DNA of 64,000 nt from Balanoglossus misakiensis. Taxonomy: Eukaryota > Animalia > Hemichordata. The DNA is taken from NCBI GenBank assembly GCA_040954595.2, contig CM082592.2, positions 558,001 to 622,000 of the forward strand, read 5' to 3'. The position numbers and the translations under genes are program-made. Positions within the stretch are counted from its first letter, which is position 1, and each line of letters begins with the position of its first letter. Below are positions 12,001 through 25,200 of this stretch, piece by piece. Below the pieces are notes generated by a model. The model had not been told where the DNA came from. It saw only the letters and a program-made list of their open reading frames with translations, and made no database searches.

Positions 12001-13147
12001 AGTGATGATTACGAAGGTTTTTGCAATTTCACAGATTTTGTTTTTGACATCAGTGATTGGAATACCTGAAGGCATTAAGTGTGTTGTTCGAAAGCTAATT
12101 GATGGTTTTATAAGAAGAAAACGAAATATAAGCAATGTAATACTTCAGAGTGATTATGACAAAGGTGGCATCAGATGTGTCAACTTAGACAAGCAAATTG
12201 ATTCTCTTTATGCAGTATGGGTCAAGAGACTGGTCTTGTGTAAAGGCAACACTTGGTCTGCTATACCATGGCATTATTTACAAATGGATGACCTTCAGTC
12301 ATGTAATCTTATTCAGCACAACATTTTCTGGGAATCACTACCAAAGGCTTTATAGTCTGCGATCCCTGAATTTTACGTCAAGGTTTTAAATGCGTGGTAC
12401 AGTGCAAGTGAAAACATCAAAGGAAACAGAAATGTAATTTTGAAATGGTGTAGCAAGTTTCACTTTTTCTACAAATCCTTGAAAAATTGTAAATACGGTA
12501 TTTGGGATGGAAAACACTGGATTTCCCTCAATAACGTTACGTGTAAAGCCATTTATGCGAACATTCCACAAAGGAGTCCAAAAGTGGATAAACTTAACAA
12601 ATGGTACATATTACTGGAGGTACCAAACCAGACTACAAAAGAAAGTGAAACGGTCTGGAAGAACATACACGCAATAACTAAGGAAACAAAGTTGCAGGAA
12701 TTTCAATGGAAACTTTTACACAGGTTGTTGCCATGTAATAAGTATTTGTTTTATTGGAATAAGAGCAGCAGTGTGGATTGTGAACTTTGTAAGATACCAG
12801 AGTCTCTTGAGCACAAGTAGGTGCGTTGTACTATAGCCACATCACTTTGGGCAAAAATCGAGCGCATAATTCGGCAACTTTTTTGTAAAGATTTTGTTTT
12901 ACAAAGCGCTCATATAATTTTCAATTGCATTAGAAGTGTTATGCTTTCGAAATCTGAAGAAAATATTGTAAATTTATTGATTTTAGTTTGCAAATGGAGT
13001 ATACATAAATACTGGCTAAGTGAAACCAGAGCACCTTTAATGGTGCTAGTAAAATACGAATTCATATTGAGATACAAGGTATACAAGGAAATATGCAATA
13101 ATTCAGAAAGTGCAAGAATTTTTGAAGCTATTATATCTATGATGTGA
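9015..13147 (+). pseudogene. LINE ORF2 (APE endonuclease, reverse transcriptase, C-terminal zinc finger), disrupted
   Basis: Motifs TLNVRG, LQE, GDFN, SRLDY, TDH; KSPGCDG, WRPVSLLNIDYKI, DYEKAFD, GVRQGCSLS, FADD; CELC..ESLEH. Lesions: frameshift ~10149, TGA 10163, nested insertion, deletion/frameshift ~11350, stops at 12353 and 12818. Confidence 0.93.
10673..11270 (-). mobile_element. 5'-truncated L2-group LINE fragment nested antisense in ORF2
   Basis: Minus-strand protein VTSHLDYCNSLLFGIP..RLQSLQNAAARLV..HITPILKDLHWLPV..RAFSVCAPILWNNLP..FKRNLKTYLF (ends 10807), 3' UTR hairpin and (TAA)n tail. The host frame LKCVL|PTIIHRDQTGY rejoins across it. Confidence 0.88.
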
Positions 13148-13202
13148 GTTTTCGGTTGGTTTCTTTTTTTTGATATGTTAATGTAACACTGAAAGTTTTT
13201 TT

Positions 13203-13232
13203 AATAAAAGATAAAAAAAAAAAAAAAAAAAA
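13203..13232 (+). terminator. Polyadenylation signal and retrotransposed poly-A tail
   Basis: AATAAA at 13203-13208, A-run 13213-13232. Confidence 0.85.
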
Positions 13233-16200
13233 TTACGCCAGTCTGTGTCATATAGAGCCGGTGCACCAGCCGAGTCACGCCGTAGGAAATCTGACTTGAT
13301 CAACGTGGTCAATGTACGCCTGTTTCTGCTCTAGAATGCCGGGGCTTCAGCTGAGCCAGGCCGTAGGAAACCCGACGTGATTACCGTTGTTAACTTACGC
13401 CAGTCTGTGTCCTATATATAGTGCCGGGGCATGAGCCGTGCCAGGCCGAAGGAAATGTGAGTAGATCAACGTGGTCTCTGTACGCGTGTTTCTGCTCTAG
13501 AGTGCCAGGGCTTTAGCCAAGCCATGCCGTAGGAAATCTGACTTGATCAACGTTGCTAACGGACGCTAGTGTCTGTCATAGTGTGCCGGGGTTTTAGTCG
13601 AGCCAAGCCGTAGGAGATCAGACTTGATCAACGTGGTCTCTGTACGCGTGTTTCTGCTCTAGAGTGCCGGGGCTTTATCCAAGCCATGCCGTAGAAAATC
13701 TGACTTGATCACCGTTGCTAACGTACGCTAGTGTCTGTCATATTGTGACGGAGATTTAGCCGAGCCAGGCCGTAGAAAAATCGACTTGTTCAACGTTACC
13801 AGTGTGCAACTGTTTCTGCTCTAGAGTGTCAGGGTTTTAGCCGACTTATGCTGTAGGAAATCTGAGTTGATGAACGGGAATTCAATGTTAGAAAACCCGT
13901 GTGGAAAGTATCTCTACCCGTTTGAAACTAAGAAAAGAATTTATTCTTATTTATTTTGTAAAAAAGACAATTTTTCGAAAAAAAGTCGATAATGGTAATT
14001 TTGTCTTGGGTGATTCAAATTATACCGCCTTTTCCGGAATTTGCAGCACTTTTTACAAGAGAACGACACTTCATGCTCCATAATATTTCCGAAAATGAAG
14101 AAAAGAGTTAGATTTTTATGATTTTTTAAAAATTTACCATTTTTGTCAAAATATGGCCAAAATGGCTATTTTTCTTGAATTCCGTCAATATCTCTGCATT
14201 TTTGGAGTGGTCGAGAGTTTTAACATACAATCAACATGTCATATATGATCAGGGCACCAAATTCGAAGAACAAAGGTTTTTTTATTTTTTTTTCTAAAAA
14301 TGACATTTTCAAGGAAAATTTGCTAAAACGCAATTTTGTCTGCAGTGAGCCAAATTGGCCGTTTTTTTGTGGAATTTGTATCGATATATATATACGAAGA
14401 GCATTCTATACTCCATCAGATTTCCGAAAATGTAGAAAACAGGTATTTTTTGTAATTTTCAAAAATTTACCATTTTGACCAAATTGTGGCTAAAATTGTT
14501 ATTTTCGTGTTGAATGCCGCCAGTGTCACTGCTTTTTAAAGTCATAAAAACTTTTAACATACAAGCAATTGTTTATATATGATCAGGTCACCGAATTAAA
14601 AAAATAAAGAATGTTTTCCCTAAAAATGACCTTTTTGGTGCAAAAACGAATAAAACGCAATTTTGTATTAAATCAGCTCATTCAGAGTGCATTTTTTATA
14701 ATCAGCACCATTTTTACATATAATGGAAATTTCATACATCATCAGATATCCAAATATGAAAAAATGAATTAGATATATTTAAGATGATTGTCCAAAATTA
14801 GCTGATATCTGATAAATGTAGTATTGAACCGTTCTGTTTCCCCCCCCCTACATTACATGCGGTACGCCGATGTCAGCTTACCCGGCAGTACTGCAGGCCG
14901 TGCCCCCAACTAACGTCGGTGTTTGAAACGCCCTGGTTAAATTCGAGCTTTCTCTATAAATTGACAGGCAATAATGCAGTCCTATCCGAACAAATGTCGA
15001 GTGTTGACCCGCTGTGACTTTCCCTCTTCGGTTTGCCCGACTTAGCCAACGTCTTTGTACTAGAGTGTCGGGTCTTTTGCAGAGCCAGGCCGAAGGAAAT
15101 CCGACTTGATCACCGTTGCTAACGAACGCTAGTGTCTGTCATGGTGTGCCGGGGTTTTAGTTGAGCCAGGCCGTAGGACATCTGACTTGATCATCGTGGT
15201 CAATGTACGCGTGTTTCCGCTCTAAAGTGCCGGTGCTTCAGCTAAACCAGGCCGTAGGAAATCCGACGTAATCACCGTTGATAACTTACGCCAGTCTGTG
15301 TCATATAGAGCCGGTGCACCAGCCGAGTCACGCCGTAGGAAATCTGACTTGATCAACGTGGTCAATGTCGCCTGTTTCTGCTCTAGAGTGCCGGGGCATC
15401 AGCCGTGCCAGGCCGAAGGAAATGTGAGTAGATCAACGTGGTCTCTGTACGCGTGTTTCTGCTCTTGAGTGCCAGGGCTTTAGCCAAGCTATGCCGTAGA
15501 AAATCTGACTTGATCACCGTTGCTAACGTACGCTAGTGTCTGTCATATTGTGACGGAGATTTAGCCGAGCCAGGCCGTAGAAAAATCGACTTGTTCAACG
15601 TTGTTAACTTACGCCAGTCTGTGTCATATAGAGCCGGTGCACCAGCCGAGTCACGCCGTAGGAAATCTGACTTGATCAACGTGGTCAATGTACGCCTGTT
15701 TCTGCTCTAGAGTGCCGGGGCTTCAGCTGAGCCAGGCCGTAGGAAACCCGACGTGATTACCGTTGTTAACTTACGTCAGTCTCTGTCCTATATATAGTGC
15801 CGGGGCATCAGCCGTGCCAGGCCGAAGGAAATGTGAGTAGATCAACGTGGTCTCTGTACGCGTGTTTCTGCTCTAGAGTGCCAGGGCTTTAGCCAAGCCA
15901 TGCCGTAGGAAATCTGACTTGATCAACGTTGCTAACGAACGCTAGTGTCTGTCATAGTGTGCCGGGGTTTTAGTCGAGCCAAGCCGTAGGAGATCAGACT
16001 TGATCAACGTGGTCTCTGTACGCGTGTTTCTGCTCTAGAGTGCCGGGGCTTTATCCAAGCCATGCCGTAGAAAATCTGACTTCATCACCGTTGCTAACGT
16101 ACGCTAGTGTCTGTCATATTGTGACGGAGATTTAGCCGAGCCAGGCCATAGAAAAATCGACTTGTTCAACGTTACCAGTGTGCAACTGTTTCTGCTCTAG

Positions 16201-19200
16201 AGTGTCAGGGTTTTAGCCGACTTATGCTGTAGGAAATCTGAGTTGATGAACGGGAATTCAATGTTAGAAAACCCCTGTGGAAAGTATCTCTACCCGTTTG
16301 AAACTAAGAAAAGAATTTATTCTTATTTATTTTGTAAAAAAGACAATTTTTCGAAAAAAAGTCGAAAATGGTAATTTTGTCTTGGGTGATTCAAATTATA
16401 CCGCCTTTTCTGGAATTTGCTGCACTTCTTACAAGAGAACGACACTTCATGCTCCATAATATTTCGAAAAATGAAGAAAAGAGTTATTTTTTTATGATTT
16501 TTTAAAAATTTACCATTTTTGTCAAAATATGGCCAAAATGGCTATTTTTTCTTGAATTCCGTCAATATATCTGCATTTTTGGAGTGGTCGAAAGTTTTAA
16601 CATACAATCAGCATGTCATATATGATCAGGGCACCAAATTCGAAGAACAAAGGTTTTTTTATTTTTTTTTCTTCTAAAAATGACATTTTCAAGGAAAATT
16701 TGGTAAAACGCAATTTTGTCTGCAGTGAGCCAAATTAGACGGTCTTTTGTGGAATTTGTATCGATATATACATACGAAGAGCATTCTATACTCCATCAGA
16801 TTTCCGAAAATGTAGAAAACAGGTATTTTTGTGTAATTTTCAAAAATTTACCATTTTGACCAAATTGTGGCTAAAATTTTTATTTTCGTGTTGAATGCCG
16901 CCAGTGTCACTGCTTTTAAAAGTCATAAAAACTTTTAACATACAAGCAATTGTTTATATATGATCAGGTCACCGAATTAAAAAAATAAAGAATGTTTTGC
17001 CTAAAAATGACCTTTTTGGTGCAAAAACGAATAAAACGCAATTTTGTATTAAATCAGCTCATTCAGAGTGCATTTTTTATAATCAGCACCATGTTTACAT
17101 ATAATGGAAATTTCATACATCATCAGATATCCAAATACGAAAAAATGATTTAGATTTTAGATGATTGTCCAAAATTAGCTGATATCTAACAAATGTAGTA
17201 TTGAACCGTTCTGTTCCCCCCCCCCCCACCCTTACATTATATGCGGTAGGCCGATGTCAGCTTACCCGGCAGTACTGTAGGCCGTGCCCCCAACAAACGT
17301 CGGTGTTTGAAACGCCCTGGTTAAATTCGGGCTCTCTCTTTAAATTGACAGGCAATAATGCAGTCCTACCGGAACAAATGTCAAGTGTTGAACCGCTGTG
17401 ACTTTCCCTGTTCGGTTTGCCCGACTAAGCCAACGTCTTTGTACTAGAGTGTCGGGTCTTTTGCAGAGCCAGGCCGAAGGAAATCCGACTTAATCACCGT
17501 TGCTAACGAACGCTAGTGTCTGTCATGGTGTGCCGGGGTTTTAGTCGAGCCAGGCCGTAGGAGATCTGACTTGATCATCGTGGTCAATGTACGCGTGTTT
17601 CCGCTCTAAAGTGCCGGGGCTTCAGCTAAACCAGGCCGTAGGAAATCCGACGTAATCACCGTTGATAACTTACGCCAGTCTGTGTCATATAGAGCCGGTG
17701 CACCAGCCGAGTCACGCCGTAGGAAATCTGACTTGATCAACGTGGTCAATGTACGCCTGTTTCTGCTCTAGAGTGCCGGGGCTTCAGCTGAGCCAGGCCG
17801 TAGGAAACCCGACGTGATTACCGTTGTTAACTTACGCCAGTCTGTGTCCTATATATAGTGCCGGGGCATCAGCCGTGCCAGGCCGAAGGAAATGTGAGTA
17901 GATCAACGTGGTCTCTGTACGCGTGTTTCTGCTCTAGAGTGCCAGGGCTTTAGCCAAGCCATGCCGTAGAAAATCTGACTTGATCACCGTTGCTAATGTA
18001 CGCTAGTGTCTGTAATATTGTGACGGAGATTTAGCCGAGCCAGGCCGTAGAAAAATCGACTCGTTCAACGTTACAAGTGTGCAACTGTTTCTGCTCTAGA
18101 GTGTCAGGGTTTTAGCCGACTTATGCTGTAGGAAATCTGAGTTGATGAACGGGAATTTAATGTTAGAAAACCCGTGTGGAAAGTATCTCTACCCGTTTGA
18201 AACTAAGAAAAGAATTTATTCTTATTTATTTTGTAAAAAAGACAATTTTTCGAAAAAAAGTCGAAAATGGTAATTTTGTCTTGGGTGATTCAAATTATAC
18301 CACCTTTTCTGGAATTTGCAGCACTTTTTACAAGAGAACGACACTTCATGCTCCATAATATTTCCGAAAATGAAGAAAAGAGTTTATTTTTTATGATTTT
18401 TTAAAAATTTACCATTTTTGTCAAAATATGGCCAAAATGGCTATTTTGTCTTGAATTCCGTCAATATCTCTGCATTTTTGGAGTTGTCGAAAGTTTTAAC
18501 ATACAATCAACATGTCATATATGATCAGGGCACCAAATTCGAAGAACAAAGGTTTTTTTTATTTTTTTTTCTAAAAATGACATTTTCAAGGAAAATTTGG
18601 TAAAACGCAATTTTGTCTGCAGTGAGCCATATTAGACTGTCTTTTTTTTGGAATTTGTATCGATATATACATACGAAGAGCATTCTATACTCCATCAGAT
18701 TTCCGAAAATGTAGAAAACAGGTATTTTTTGTAATTTTCAAAAATTTTCCATTTTGACCAAATTGTGCTAAAATTGTTATTTTCGTGTTGAATGCCGCCA
18801 GTGTCACTGCTTTTAAAAGTCATAAAAACTTTTAACATACAAGCAATTCTTTATATATGATCAGGTCACCGAATTAAAAAAATAAAGAATGTTTTGCCTA
18901 AAAATGACCTTTTAGGTGCAAAAACGAATAAAACGTAATATTGTATTAAATCAGCTCATTCAGAGTGCATTTTTTATAATCAGCACCATTTTTACATATA
19001 ATTGAAATTTCATACATCATTAGATATCCAAATATGAAAAAATGATTTAGATTTTAGATGATTGTCCAAAATTAGCTGATATCTAATAAATGTAGTATTG
19101 AACCGTTCTGTTTGCCCCCCCCCCTTACATTATATGCGGTACGCCGATGTCAGCTTACCCGGCAGTACTGCAGGCCGTGCCCCCAACTAACGTCGGTGTT

Positions 19201-22200
19201 TGGAACGCCCTGGTTAAATTCGGGCTTTCTCTATAAATTGACAGGCAATAATGCAGTCCTACCCGAACAAATGTCGAGTGTTGACCCGCTGTGACTTACC
19301 ATCTTCGGTTTGCCCGACTTAGCCAACGTCTTTGTACTAGAGTGTCAGGTCTTTTGCAGAGCCAGGCCGAAGGAAATCCGACTTGATCACCGTTGCTAAC
19401 GAACGCTAGTGTCTGTCATGGTGTGCCGGGGTTTTAGTCGAGCCAGGCCGTAGGAGATCTGACTTGATCATCGTGGTCAATGTACGCGTGTTTCCGCTCT
19501 AATGTGCCGGGGCTTCAGCAAAACCAGACCGTAGGAAATCCGACGTAATCACCGTTGATAACTTACGCCAGTCTGTGCCATATAGAGCCGGTGCACAAGC
19601 CGAGTCACGCCGTAGGAAATCTGACTTGATCAACGTGGTCAATGTACGCCTATTTCTGCTCTAGAGTGCCGGGGCTTCAGCTGAGCCAGGCCGTAGGAAA
19701 CCCGACGTGATTACCGTTGTTAACTTACGCCAGTCTGTGTCCTATATATAGTGCCGGGGCATCAGCCGTGCCAGGCCGAAGGAAATCTGACTTGATCAAC
19801 GTTGCTAACGAACGCTAGTGTCTGTCATAGTGTGCCGGGGTTTTAGTCGAGCCAAGCCGTAGGAGATCAGACTTGATCAACGTGGTCTCTGTACGCGTGT
19901 TTCTGCTCTAGAGTGCCGGGGCTTTATCCAAGCCATGCCGTAGAAAATCTGACTTCATCACCGTTGCTAACGTACGCTAGTGTCTGTCATATTGTGACGG
20001 AGATTTAGCCGAGCCAGGCCATAGAAAAATCGACTTGTTCAACGTTACCAGTGTGCAACTGTTTCTGCTCTAGAGTGTCAGGGTTTTAGCCGACTTATGC
20101 TGTAGGAAATCTGAGTTGATAAACGGGAATTCAATGTTAGAAAACCCTTGTGGAAAGTATCTCTACCCGTTTGAAACTAAGAAAAGAATTTATTCTTATT
20201 TATTTTGTAAAAAAGACAATTTTTCGAAAAAAAGTCGAAAATGGTAATTTTGTCTTGGGTGATTCAAATTATACCGCCTTTTCTGGAATTTGCTGCACTT
20301 CTTACAAGAGAACGACACTTCATGCTCCATAATATTTCGGAAAATGAAGAAAAGAGTTATTTTTTTATGATTTTTTAAAAATTTACCATTTTTGTCAAAA
20401 TATGGCCAAAATGGCTATTTTTTCTTGAATTCCGTCAATATCTCTGCATTTTTGGAGTGGTCGAAAGTTTTAACATACAATCAACATGTCATATATGATC
20501 AGGGCACCAAATTCGAAGAACAAAGGTTTTTTTATTTTTTTTTCTTCTAAAAATGACATTTTCAAGGAAAATTTGGTAAAACGCAATTTTGTCTGCAGTG
20601 AGCCAAATTAGACGGTCTTTTGTGGAATTTGTATCGATATATACATACGAAGAGCATTCTATACTCCATCAGATTTCCGAAAATGTAGAAAACAGGTATT
20701 TTTTTGTAATTTTCAAAAATTTACCATTTTGACCAAATTGTGGCTAAAAATTTTATTTTCGTGTTGAATGCCGCCAGTGTCACTGCTTTTAAAAGTCATA
20801 AAAACTTTTAACATACAAGCAATTGTTTATATATGATCAGGTCACCGAATTAAAAAAATAAAGAATGTTTTGCCTAAAAATGACCATTTTGGTGCAAAAA
20901 CGAATAAAACGCAATTTTGTATTAAATCAGAATGCATTTTTTATAATCAGCACCATTTTTACATGTAATGGAAATTTCATACATCATCAGATATCCAAAT
21001 ATAAAAAAAATGATTTAGATTTTAGATGATTGTCCAAAATTAGCTGATATCTAATAAATGTAGTATTGAACCGTTCTGTCCCCCCCCCCTACATTATATG
21101 CGGTACGCCGATGTCAGCTTACCCGGCAGTACTGCAGGCCGTGCCCCCAACTAACGTCGGTGTTTGAAACGCCCTGGTTAAATTCGAGCTTTCTCTATAA
21201 ATTGACAGGCAATAATGCAGTCCTACCCGAACAAATGTCAAGTGTTAAACTGCTGTGACTTTCCCTCTTCGGTTTGCCCGACTTAGCCAACGTCTTTGTA
21301 CTAGAGTGTCGGGTCTTTTGCAGAGCCAGGCCGAAGGAAATCCGACTTGATCACCGTTGCTAACGAACGCTAGTGTCTATCATGGTGTGCCGGGGTTTTA
21401 GTCGAGCCAGGCCGTAGGAGATCTGACTTGATCATCGTGGTCAATGTACGCGTGTTTCCGCTCTAAAGTACCGGGGCTTCAGGTAAACCAGGCCGTAGGA
21501 AATCCGACGTAATCACCGTTGATAACTTACGCCAGTCTGTGTCATATAGAGCCGGTGCACCAGCCGAGTCACGCCGTAGGAAATCTGACTTGATCAACGT
21601 GGTCAATGTACGCCTGTTTCTGCTCTAGAGTGCCGGGGCTTCAGCTGAGCCAGGCAGTAGGAAACCCGACGTGATTACCGTTGTTAACTTACGCCAGTCT
21701 GTGTCATATATATAGTGCCGGGGCATCAGCCGTGCCAGGCCGAAGGAAATGTGAGTAGATCAACGTGGTCTCTGTACGCGTGTTTCTGCTCTAGAGTGCC
21801 AGGGCTTTAGCCAAGCCATGCCGTAGGAAATCTGACTTGATCAACGTTGCTAACGAACGCTAGTGTCTGTCATAGTGTGCCGGGGTTTTAGTCGAGCCAA
21901 GCCGTAGGAGATCAGACTTGATCAACGTGGTCTCTGCACGCGTGTTTCTGCTCTAGAGTGCCGGGGCTTTATCCAAGCCATGCCGTAGAAAATCTGACTT
22001 GATCACCGTTGCTAACGTACGCTAGTGTCTGTCATATTGTGACGGAGATTTAGCCGAGCAAGGCCATAGAAAAATCGACTTGTTCAACGTTACCAGTGTG
22101 CAACTGTTTCTGCTCTAGAGTGTCAGGGTTTTAGCCGACTTATGCTGTAGGAAATCTGAGTTGATGAACGGGAATTCAATGTTAGAAAACCCTTGTGGAA

Positions 22201-25200
22201 AGTATCTCTACCCGTTTGAAACTAAGAAAAGAATTTATTCTTATTTATTTAGTAAAAAAGACAATTTTTCGAAAAAAAGTCGAAAATGGTAATTTTGTCT
22301 TGGGTGATTCAAATTATACCGCCTTTTCTGGAATTTGCTGCACTTCTTACAAGAGAACGACACTTCATGCTCCATAATATTTCGGAAAATGAAGAAAAGA
22401 GTTATGTTTTTATGATTTTTTAAAAATTTACCATTTTTGTCAAAATATGGCCAAAATGGCTATTTTTTCTTGAATTCCGTCAATATATCTGCATTTTTGG
22501 AGTGGTCGAAAGTTTTAACATACAATCAACATGTCATATATGATCAGGGCACCAAATTCGAAGAACAAAGGTTTTTTTATTTTTTTTTCTTCTAAAAATG
22601 ACATTTTCAAGGAAAATTTGGTAAAACGCAATTTTGTCTGCAGTGAGCCAAATTAGACGGTCTTTTGTGGAATTTGTATCGATATATACATACGAAGAGC
22701 ATTCTATACTCCATCAGATTTCCGAAAATGTAGAAAACAGGTATTTTTTTGTAATTTTCAAAAATTTACCATTTTGACCAAATTGTGGCTAAAATTGTTA
22801 TTTTCGTGTTGAATGCCGCCAGTGTCACTGCTTTTAAAAGTCATAAAAACTTTTAACATACAAGCAATTGTTTATATATGATCAGGTCACCGAATTAAAA
22901 AAATAAAGAATGTTTTGCCTAAAAATGACCTTTTTGGTGCAAAAACGAATAAAACGCAATTTTGTATTAAATCAGAATGCATTTTTTATAATCAGCACCA
23001 TTTTTACATGTAATGGAAATTTCATACATCATCAGATATCCAAATATGAAAAAATGATTTAGATTTTAGATGATTGTCCAAAATTAGCTGATATCTAATA
23101 AATGTAGTATTGAACCGTTCTGTTCCCCCCCCCCCCTATATTATATGCGGTACGCCGATGTCAGCTTACCCGGCAGTACTGCAGGCCGTGCCCCCAACTA
23201 ACGTCGGTGTTTGAAACGCCCTGGTTAAATTCGGGCTTTCTCTATAAATTGACAGGCAATAATGCAGTCCTACCGGAACAAAAGTCAAGTGTTGAACCGC
23301 TGTGACTTTCCCTGTTCGGTTTGCCCGACTTAGCCAACGTCTTTGTACAAGAGTGTCGGGTCTTTTGCAGAGCCAGGCCGAAGGAAATCCGACTTGATCA
23401 CCGTTGCTAACGAACACTAGTGTCTGTCATGGTGTGCCGGGGTTTTAGTCGAGCCAGGCCGTAGGAGATCTGACTTGATCATCGTGGTCAATGTACGCGT
23501 GTTTCCGCTCTAAAGTGCCGGGGCTTCAGCTAAACCAGGCCGTAGGAAATCCGACGTAATCACCGTTGATAACTTACGCCAGTCTGTGTCATATAGAGCC
23601 GGTGCACCAGCCGAGTCACGCCGTAGGAAATCTGACTTGATCAACGTGGTCAATGTACGCCTGTTTCTGCTCTAGAGTGCCGGGGCTTCAGCTGAGCCAG
23701 GCCGTAGGAAACCCGACGTGATTACCGTTGTTAACTTACGCCAGTCTGTGTCCTATATATAGTGCCGGGGCATCAGCCGTGCCAGGCCGAAGGAAATGTG
23801 AGTAGATCAACGTGGTCTCTGTACGCGTGTTTCTGCTCTAGAGTGCCAGGGCTTTAGCCAAGCCATGCCGTAGGAAATCTGACTTGATCAACGTTGCTAA
23901 CGAACGCTAGTGTCTGTCATAGTGTGCCTGGGTTTTAGTCGAGCCAAGCCGTAGGAGATCAGACTTGTTCAACGTTACCAGTGTGCACCTGTTTCTGCTC
24001 TAGAGTGTCAGGGTTTTAGCCGACTTATGCTGTAGGAAATCTGAGTTGATGAATGGGAATTCAATGTTAGAAAACCCGTGTGGAAAGTATCTCTACCCGT
24101 TTGAAACTAAGAAAAGAATTTATTCTTATTTATTTTGTAAAAAAGACAATTTTTCGAAAAAAAGTCGAAAATGGTAATTTTGTCTTGGGTGATTCAAATT
24201 ATACCGCCTTTTCTGGAATTTGCAGCACTTTTTACAAGAGAACGACACTTTATGCTCCATTATATTTCCGAAAATGAAGAAAAGAGTTAATTTTTTATGA
24301 TATTTTAAAAATTTACCATTTTTGTCAAAATATGGCCAAAATGGCTATTTTTTCTTGAATTCCGTCAATATCTCTGCATTTTTGGAGTGGTCGAAAGTTT
24401 TAACATATAATCAACATGTCATATATGATCAGGGCACCAAATTCGAAGAACAAAGGTTTTTTTATTTTTTTTTCTAAAAATGACATTTTCAAGGAAAATT
24501 TGGTAAAACGCAATTTTGTCTGCAGTGAGCCATATTAGACTGTCTTTTATTTGTAATTTGTATCGATATATACATACGAAGAGCATTCTATACTCCATCA
24601 GATTTCCGAAAATGTAGAAAACAGGTATTTTTTGTAATTTTCAAAAATTTACCATTTTGATCAAATTGTGGCTAAAATTGTTATTTTCGTGTTGAATGCC
24701 GCCAGTGTCACTGCTTTTAAAAGTCATAAAAACTTTAACATACAAGCAATTGTGCATATATGATCAGGTCACCGAATTAAAAAAATAAAGAATGTTTTGC
24801 CTAAAAATGACCTTTTTGGTGTAAAAACGAATAAAACGCAATTTTGTATTAAATCAGCTCATTCAGAGTGCATTTTATATAATCAGCACCATTTTTACAT
24901 ATAATGGAAATTTCATACATCATCAGATATCCAAATATGAAAAAATGATTTAGATTTCAGATGATTGTCCTTAATTAGCTGATATCTAATAAATGTAGTA
25001 TTGAACCGTTCTGCCCCCCCCCCCCCCTACATTATATGCGGTACGCCGATGTCAGCTTACCCGGCAGTACTGCAGGCCGTGCCCCCAATTAACGTCAGTG
25101 TTTGAAACGCCCTGGTTAAATTCGGGCTTTCTCTATAAATTGACAGGCAATAATGCAGTCCTACCCGAACAAATGTCGAGTGTTCACCCGCTGTGACTTT

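Larger units (their letters stand above)
7633..13232 (+). mobile_element. Full-length degenerate L1/Tx1-clade non-LTR retrotransposon
   Basis: 5' UTR, zinc-knuckle ORF1, APE-RT-zinc finger ORF2, AATAAA, ~20-nt poly-A, 13-bp TSD. Confidence 0.93.
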
